From: Lingula anatina
Lineage: Eukaryota > Animalia > Brachiopoda
Assembly: GCA_051362555.1 (NCBI GenBank)
Contig: CM120641.1
Span: 1,302,001-1,366,000, forward strand
Direction of reading: 5' to 3'
DNA: 64,000 nucleotides
Shown here: piece after piece, positions 56,001 to 64,000 of the stretch
Layout: each line of letters opens with the position of its first letter
Position numbering within the stretch: the stretch's first letter is position 1
Made by a program: the position numbers and the translations under genes
Notes under the pieces: generated by a model
What the model was told of the DNA's origin: nothing
What the model saw: only the letters and a program-made list of their open reading frames with translations
Database searches by the model: none

Positions 56001-59000
56001 AAATATATAACTGGACAAAAGAGAAGAAATAAACTTTCAGCTTTATACAACAAAGCTGTCTATTTGCTGGGAAGGTAATACATGTGGTTTTGTAGAGCTT
56101 TCCATTTAATCTAGAAATATAAGAAAACAAGACATTCTGCATGAGAATACCTGTCCAAGCGGCAGATCAGCATCTGCTGCCAGCGTCTGTAGCCGCTTCA
56201 ACGGAGACACAGCCTTTATAAACCTGACCATTGCTGGGCTGCAGTCGGGAGGTAAAGATTCTAGTAACTGTCTCTCTGGCACCATAAGAAGTAATCCGTG
56301 ATAGGGCCTGGGTTTAGTAAAGATAGAAGTGAGTGGATTGGCACCTTGTGTACTACAAGTTTTGTTTAGAATACAGAAAAATTAACATTTCATGAATTAA
56401 CAAATTAAGACATGCGTTTCTGACTCCTTTACAATCAAATTACAGGAGTCAAATTGCTTCAAATTATTCAGTGACGTTATAATGTTCATAACAGATATTA
56501 TGAATTTGGTATTTCAATATGAAATAATTTAAAGAGTCACAAAATAATTTCTTTGCTACATGATGTACTAATTAAAATCAATGTCAATAAAATTCTAGTA
56601 ATCTTTTTAATGGATACAAAAAGGTATTTTGCTTGAACATCAAGTTCCTAACCAAGCACTCAACTTGCCTTAGAGCTTCAATGCACTTTTGAATGGCTTC
56701 AGGCTGCAAAGAAAACATATATCAAAGCTATAACCATAAACCAAAAGTTAGAAATAAAAGTAACTGTTAAGAATAAACTTTAACTGAAAATAATGCAGCT
56801 AAGTACGTAAATGCCACTCACTTTAAGCTTACTTTTTTTAGAGAGCATCCTAAAACTGAATCTGATAACATCTTACTCACGGCTTAAAAAATACAATATA
56901 ATACAGCTTTAAGTTAGGTATCTTTTATGTATATACAAGTCATTCCCTATTTCATCTCTTTTTAACAATGAGGTTTACCTCTATTTTCAGCTCAGGCTGT
57001 AAAATGTTGTGCACCTTGTGAGGTAAACAAAAGCTGACATATATCCACTTGTTCACATACAGACTCACAATGCCAGAGTTGCCCAGACTGAACAGAAGGA
57101 ATGAAGGACATAGGTTAAAGTGTATATCAATTAATATTCACATGTTATTGTGCATATTAGGACTAATTCTGAAGTGAAACATGCACGTTTACCAATGAGC
57201 AAATTCTACGCTCACAGTAAATTTTTAAAGATAGAAAACATTTTAATAAATTGTGAGAAGAGATGAAAAATTGTTGTGATGGTTTGTTTCACTCAAAACT
57301 AATAAGTTCCATCTGGAAAAATCTTATGAACATCCTTAAAACTCCTCCACACGGTCTTAATTTGATTAAGAGGCAAATATGTCTGCAGAGCTTACTTGTC
57401 ATACACAGCTTTGAGGTCTTTGGACAGTTGGCATTTGCTCCCCTTGGCTACCATTAATTTGAACGGATTCTCATAAGAATCTGAAATTAAAAATAAAGCA
57501 TTTTATTCCTGACACTACTCAAGTAGTAAACAAGAAAAGTTGAATTAAGATGTATACATAATTATGACTAGTATACAGGTCTGTCTTAAAGAGTTTGGAA
57601 ATAGTCAGAAAAAAATTCACACAATGATGGGTTGGATCTGTTCTGGACAATGATTTGACTAAAATGGCTAACATCAAAGATATCATGATACCTGTAATAG
57701 AGGCTTTTCCACGGTCACGTGACTTCCGCTAAATTATCCGTGGGAAAGCGAGATTTTGCGGGATTTGAAGTTTCAGGGGGAAAGTGTGGAGTGTACACGA
57801 CGGACGCCATATCGAGGAGTGCTCATTTCAATCTGAATTTTCAAAGTTTCGTAACATGTTAACACCTGATTTTTTTCGAAAACACATTCATGGGAGCAGT
57901 TGGAATAGAAATTTAGCAGAAGTACCTGATGACTTTTCAATGAAAGAACTAAAAACGTACCTAATCGACAGCAAAGATAGGACATTCGGTACTTTTGCAG
58001 TATACCCCCCCACCCTGTAACTTCCTGAAACCTTCATTTTTCAAACATTTTTTACAGTGTCTTTTGCACCTATGTCAAAGCTGTTGAAATAAAATGTTTT
58101 TGTAATTACCTGTGGTCTTTTTATTAGTTTTAATCACGTTTAATCCACCCCATTGAAATACAGTGTGAAAATTTACAATGTAACCGCAGCTTGCTGCGTT
58201 TTCGTTGGCTAACTCTACCTTATTTTATGTGAACATAGGATTGATATATTGTATACTTAGATTTCCTCTGTGAAATTATTATGAGCTACTTGTTCACATA
58301 AAATTACCTTAGAGTTAGCCAACAAAAATGCGGCAAGTTATTGACTGCGGGTGTAAATTGAAGATTCTAACTTTGTATTTCAATGGGCTGGATTAAACAT
58401 GATTAACACTAATAAAAAGTCCACAGGTAATTACAAAAGCATTTTATTTCAACAGCTTTGACATAGATAAACAATAAAATGTAAAAAACTGTTTGAAAAG
58501 TGAAAGTTACAGAAAGTTACAGGGTGGGGGGGGGGTATACTACAAAAGTACCGAAGGCCCCTTCTACTCTTTCCCCCTGGGAAACAGTCCCGCACAAAAT
58601 GGCGTGAACTGCGCATGCTCACGATTTCGTGGAAAAGACTCTATTTGTACACATCTTGTTATGTGAATCTTTTTGTCACTTGATTTCCCATCTTGTTATG
58701 TGAATCTTTTTGTCACTTGATTTCCCATCTTGTTATGTGAATCTTTTTGTCACTTGATTTCCCATCTCGTTATGTGAATCTTTTTGTCACTAAATTTCCC
58801 ATCAGTGTAAATTATGTAATTCTTGAGTTAACATAAGATGTACAGTAAAGATTGGTTTTCTTTTTCTTTTTGGATATCTTCAGACTTTAAGAAAGAATTT
58901 CTAGATAAAAAGTTGGGCATAATTTTATAAAATGAGGTCCTACCCTCTGGCAGAGTTGTCACCTCTTCCTGTATTCCTTGCATCAGGTTTTTCTGTGTGT

Positions 59001-60757
59001 TAAGGTAGCCACAGCGCTGTTCTTCATGGTGGAAGGAGAGGGCCAGCTTCTGGGTCAGTTCATGGTAAGCTGCCACCACTGAGTTCTTGACTTGTGCCTG
59101 AAACACATGAATTGTAATATCCATCATGACATAGAAATACCAGAAAGAAATATTGCAATACAAAAGATGCACAAGAGCACTAAGAAAAGATTCTTAAGGT
59201 ATGTATTTATAGGGTGATAAGTCCCCAACAAAAATGTTATACATAATTCAAGATAAAACTTAGTTTTCAGCTCTTCAACATGTTGCATCTTAATCATGGC
59301 TCTTTTGGTTTCCCATTTATATTGTAATAAGCATATCAAATTGCTTACCATATAATAACAATTACAAAAAGCCTACATTAAAATGATTGAAATTTAAATG
59401 TTTTGAATACAAGCAAATACAGAGAGGAGGCAAGAATTGATAACTTACTCTCACTGCAATCACAACATGAAAGGAAATCATGGTTGGGAGCTCACGGCGC
59501 GGCGTGGACTGTGAGATCCTCTGAAGAAGGACGGGGTAGCCAACAAACCTGACATCATCAATTGTCAGATCAAACTTCTGTCCACACAGATCAGACTTGA
59601 CTGCCAGTAAATAGGCAAGAAGTTCATTGGAATAACTGTAAAAACAATATACTATTTTGAATGAATGGCACAGATGCAGGAAATTGGGAATAGCATTATT
59701 CTCTATTCACTCTAACATAGTTTTTGTATCAAACAATTAAATGTCTATATCAATGTAATAGGCAAATAGGATATTCCACAAAATTTATATTGATTTAAAT
59801 GGGAAAGGATTTTTGTTCTAGCTTTAAGATACCACACCAATGTAAAGTTGTCATCGTTAAGTTGTATGATAATACTAATGGTATCTGCACATGTCATGGT
59901 CCACTGAAACGCATGATTTCTTTAGAATGGTTAAGACGAAATGTGTTAAACATTTTCAAAAAATATCTGAATATTTGTAGAAAACGAACTTCATGAAACA
60001 TCATGGTTTGAAGCTCATAAAGGATATTATATTATATTAATTTTTTTTCAATAGATCATTACAATTATTATAAGTATTTCATCAGTAAGTTATAAAACAA
60101 GCCTGTAAGAAAGATATTTTATGTGATGCTTCTTTAGTAACCTACCCTACAAGGACTCCATTCTTTATGCAAGGCTGGGGGGAATTCCTGGAAGTGGGCA
60201 ATTAGAAAAAATATCACTAAAATAAGACTTTTAATAATTATTAGAACTGCATTCCCTCTCTTAAATTGATATGTATTACTGCTGTTGTTAAGATTAGTAT
60301 TTGGTATAACATCATTAATATGAAATAAGATGAAATAAAATTACCTAGGTTTTGGGTCCTCTGTAATTCTAATAGCGTAAGGGTTTGTGTGAAATGCTGG
60401 AAAGATTTTTCAAAAGGTTAGTTATAAATTATGGATATATATTGTCTGTACGGAATATACATAAACTTTAAACATTGTCTAATGAGGTAGAAACATAAAC
60501 ACTTCGCGCAAGGAGTGTTCAAATGAAGGTCGGCATAACAGCTTGGTGAAAAAGCATAAAATCTTTTCACTTCACTTCGGGGTTTTTAAAGTCTCCTGAC
60601 AACGCCATTTTTCCTACTGCATTTAATCGCTTCTCTTACCCGATTTTCCCTTTAAACCAACTCCGCCGTCTGCTTCAAAAGGATATCTGAACAATAACTG
60701 GTCTCCTCTACTACCTGATGTGACCAAAAATATCCCAACAGGGTCAAAATCCCACAT
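53080..60757 (-). CDS. NPRL3: GATOR1 subunit NPRL3
   Basis: Starts [27 protein letters not shown]. Motifs [88 protein letters not shown] and [30 protein letters not shown]. Stop TGA at 53082-53080; one GC-AG intron. Confidence 0.95.
54401..54900 (-). repeat. 52-bp minisatellite (about 9.5 copies) spanning an NPRL3 exon/intron donor site
   Basis: Minus-strand unit GTAGGTTTAGGTGGGAGAACACAGGGATATCATGGG(G/A)CTTCCGCAACAGCAG. CTACC marks fall at 54443, 54495, 54547, 54599, 54651, 54701, 54753, 54805 and 54857. Confidence 0.95.
57696..58645 (+). mobile_element. TIR element (possibly an ISL2EU-type deletion derivative) with a nested fold-back MITE at 57985-58555
   Basis: Outer TIRs AATAGAGGCTTTTCCACG / CGTGGAAAAGACTCTATT, coding remnant [29 protein letters not shown], and inner ~250-bp inverted arms TTCGGTACTTTTG.. 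/ ..CAAAAGTACCGAA. Confidence 0.65.
58652..58803. repeat. 37-bp tandem repeat x4
   Basis: CATCTTGTTATGTGAATCTTTTTGTCACTTGATTTCC is repeated four times right after the TIR element. Confidence 0.9.
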
Positions 60758-62090
60758 CCCTACGATCAGGGAGCAAATGTGTGCATTTCTCGTTTGTTTG
60801 GAGGGTGGGAAATGATAGGGCCAAGACAGACCACAGCCAAGGTTTATACGTTCTGACAAATTTATCAGCATCTACCAGCCGGTCTACGAACGTTAAATCT
60901 TCTAAGCTCATTCCTTTAAAGTAGACAAGCGTATGGAAAATAAATTTAAAATATAAAATAATATTCTAAGCAGTGCTATACGATTGGTTAACGTTATACA
61001 TGATCAAAACAACAATGTTAAGTGCATAACGGTCATTAATTACGTTAATAGGGCCTAGCTCTTCGGTCCATCCTCAACCTAAAATAACGAATAATGTTAA
61101 TGAGGTGATGCTACTGCTTTCATTTCACACTGTATGCTGGCGTATGTCTTCACGCATGAAAAGACCATCTAATCAATGGCGATTTATTATGATTTACGTT
61201 CGGACGTAGTCTTGATAAAACATTCCTTTAATTGGTTCTGTCCAGGCCTGGAATAAAAAGATATGATCTTTTGATGAATTAAATGGTCCAAATTTATCCG
61301 AATTAATATATCAACTTACGACAGCCAGGACAGCAAAGGTTTACTTACAAAGCTTGAATAAAACTGAGGCGCTGAAAAATTATTTCGACGTTATAAATTC
61401 CTGCATACGCACCCTTTCCTGCACATCCCCATATTATTGAACTGTTATCATTGAAATGGCACAATACGGTTAGAAATCGTCAATACGGCCTGCTATTTAA
61501 GTATTCGTACTAAATAAGTTAAACGCGCTCCTACTAGTTCATTTTTGCACATGTTAAATACAGGGACCCAGTGCTTGTTGCATTTAAAACTTACCATATC
61601 AGCACGTCACGGTAGTTTGTGTGTTTTTATAGGAGCACCTGCGATGCAGTGGCAGATTTAGGGGGGTGTCAGGGAAAAGGTCACACCAATGGTCCTCTCG
61701 TGAAATTAGAATTTTGGCTGGCTGAATCATAGTTCTAAACCGTACCAAATGACACCGTGGGTCCTCTAAAATACCAAAATTTTGGGGGGCCCTTCAGCGC
61801 CCCGAACTAGAAGTAAACGGGAGTGGAATCGTAAGTGCAAAGTTAAAGCGGATTTTCAGACGGCATGGTTAGATTATATTTTTTTCTTTTGGACTTTTGA
61901 GCAGAGAATGCTTGTACAAATACGGGGTATAGGCTATGATGTGACAACGTGTCACAAAGCTTGAAGGTGCAATATTGTGTTTATTTTCAGTCAAATTGTT
62001 TTTTAATAACTTGCTGCGTTGACCGACAGCAAGACAAAGAACATCACGGTGAAAAATTCCCACGAGGCTGAAAATCGTTGCCATGTGCAA

Positions 62091-62362
62091 TTTTTGCATG
62101 ATTGCAACCTGATATGCCCATATCTTATTATCGTTTGGTGTTTTATGGTTAGTGCTGCAATTTTTTAACCATCTGAAAACTCGTCACAATATTGAAAAAA
62201 AAAGATACACCATTACATATCGATCGTGGCTCTGTGCAATTAACAGTGGTTGTTAGTTGCCTTTTGAGGACGCTAAAACATCGTTCTTTTTTGCAGCAAT
62301 AACCATAAAACACCAATTATAATAATTAGATATGGGCATATCAGATTGCAAACATGCAAAAA
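62091..62362. mobile_element. MITE-like inverted repeat
   Basis: ~70-bp imperfect arms TTTTTGCATG..TGATATGCCCATATCT..GGTGTTTTATGGTTA / TAACCATAAAACACC..AGATATGGGCATATCA..CATGCAAAAA. Confidence 0.65.
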
Positions 62363-63865
62363 CTGTTCAGGAAGTAAGTCAAATTAAGACCCGATGATGT
62401 TTTGTCTTCGGTATTTCCTCCTCATTATTTACTGCAATTACTATTACACGTCTATCAGTTAAAGCGAGAAAGCAATAATTGATGACACAATATTGCTATG
62501 AATATATAGTCACCAAGTTCATTTCACTGAGCAATCACTCCCAAACACGAGATCTAGCGACATATTTTATCACCACTCGTTCTAGCGAATTGAGAAAGAA
62601 AAAGTCTGATAAATCGGGAGATTTTTATTTTGAATCGGGGGATCATGAGATATGTCCCCAAATGAGGAGATTCTTAAGGAGACCGGTAGCGTCGACGGGT
62701 CTGGAAATTTTTGTCTATAAAATGTGGGGGTATTTTCATACAACATGTATGAGCTTATCAAACTTGACTTTTCTCTAAGAATAGCCGTTTCGTGGCATAA
62801 ACAAATAGACAAATATTTGCTTTAACCGTACCTACGCCTACTATTACTACAGGTAACACATTAAATGTTCACGGTTTAAAATTTGAAAATTTTCCTATGT
62901 GAAGGTGGCCAGCATTCCTCGCCTGATGATCAATCTGGTCCGATAGAAATGAGATGTTTTTATATTCCATTAGCTGCTCGTCTATACTAAAGAAAAACCT
63001 TTTATTAACATTACACTTGCGATGGAAAGCAAATATTTTAGCAATATCTAATAGAGTTTACTTCCAAATTTGTATTACGGGTATTTAGAAATATGACGAA
63101 AAAATTAATAAACCCGTCTCGCAAAAGTGAAAAAATGTCATCAAGGTTGGGGAACGAGCAAGTAAAAATCTTACAAATGATGAATAACAAAATTTAATGA
63201 CGCATAAAGGGATAACTTTTTTTCAACCTTCCCATCCCCGTTCGTATCAAAGAAAAGAATAAAACTTCCCCCCAAAATCAAAAATCACAAATTGGTAAGG
63301 GAGACAATAATACATGTACATGTCTGTTGCTGTTCTGTAAGTTCTTGTTGTTGTTGTGTTCTTCTTCTTCTTCTTCTTCTTATTATTATTATTATGGGAT
63401 ATAAGTTATTAGTGGTTCATTGATGATGGACCCTAAGTTGTCGTAAGTTCTTAATACCACTGATATAGGGTCAACAGAAAAAACAAAACCAACGCAAACT
63501 CATTTTTACAGCCTGCCAGTGATTGCCCCTTATCACTTTTCTTATTTTAATATTTAGACTTCCAATTGATTCCGAACTATTGAATACAGTTAGATAATAT
63601 AAATTCTTATCAGTTCGCCCCGTTTCCCTGTAAGATAACCGCATTTTGGAACAGAAACACCTAGTTACGCAGTTACAGCAAACACAGTCCGCCCATATGA
63701 TCCAGCTTGCCTGAGAGTTCGCGCATAATTTCATGAGTTCATTAGCGGGCCGTGTGCAAAACGTAATGGGAAGATTTATGCGACCGGCTTTTCATTGCAG
63801 CCTCATTGCTGACTGTAGGTAAGGATCTGCTTAGAATTAACTACCACCCATCTCAAGCAAACAAC

Positions 63866-63905
63866 ATGCCCAAGTGTCCAGCTTGTCAGAAGGAAGTTTA
63901 CTTTG
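63866..63905 (+). CDS. CRIP: First coding exon of a CRIP-type LIM-only protein (gene continues beyond the window)
   Basis: caacATG CCC AAG TGT CCA GCT TGT CAG AAG GAA GTT TAC TTT G|GTAAGT encodes MPKCPACQKEVYF, close to CRIP1 MPKCPKCNKEVYF; 40-nt exon. Confidence 0.8.
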
Positions 63906-64000
63906 GTAAGTGTTTTCTCGATGATACGGCATTGCTTAATGTAAGCGTAAATGATGACATTGACTATCAAAATTAGATTAAGTCTCTTTCATATGTAATG

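Noticed and set aside
60900-63800. Globin gene next to NPRL3, as at the vertebrate alpha-globin locus
   Set aside because: No globin-like exon was recognised. The region holds MITE fragments and leads to a CRIP-like first exon.

Overview
AT-rich, intron-rich animal genomic DNA; the repeat types and protein divergence suggest a lophotrochozoan (mollusc-like), but this is inference. It holds eight complete spliced genes and the first exon of a ninth: APLF-like (+), TSNAX/Trax (-), a membrane-anchored UPF0489/C5orf22-like gene (-), RPL3 (-), NDUFB10 (+), iRhom/RHBDF (-), MPG (+), NPRL3 (-) and CRIP-like exon 1 (+). RPL3 hosts at least three intronic snoRNAs (SNORD83-, SNORD31- and SNORA2-like) and a structured poison 3' splice-site element in intron 3. 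Two intronic minisatellites are amplified splice sites: 84-nt units repeat the APLF exon 2 acceptor, and 52-nt units repeat an NPRL3 donor. Each unit is formally a GT..AG mini-intron, and every decoy site leads to a premature stop. The block RPL3-NDUFB10-RHBDF-MPG-NPRL3 mirrors two gene neighbourhoods of human 16p13.3. Many MITEs, Helentron-type elements and a 1.5-kb tandem triplication with tRNA-like Pol III boxes fill the introns and spacers. Most short ORFs in the supplied track are spurious. All exon models and family calls were made by eye, without database searches.
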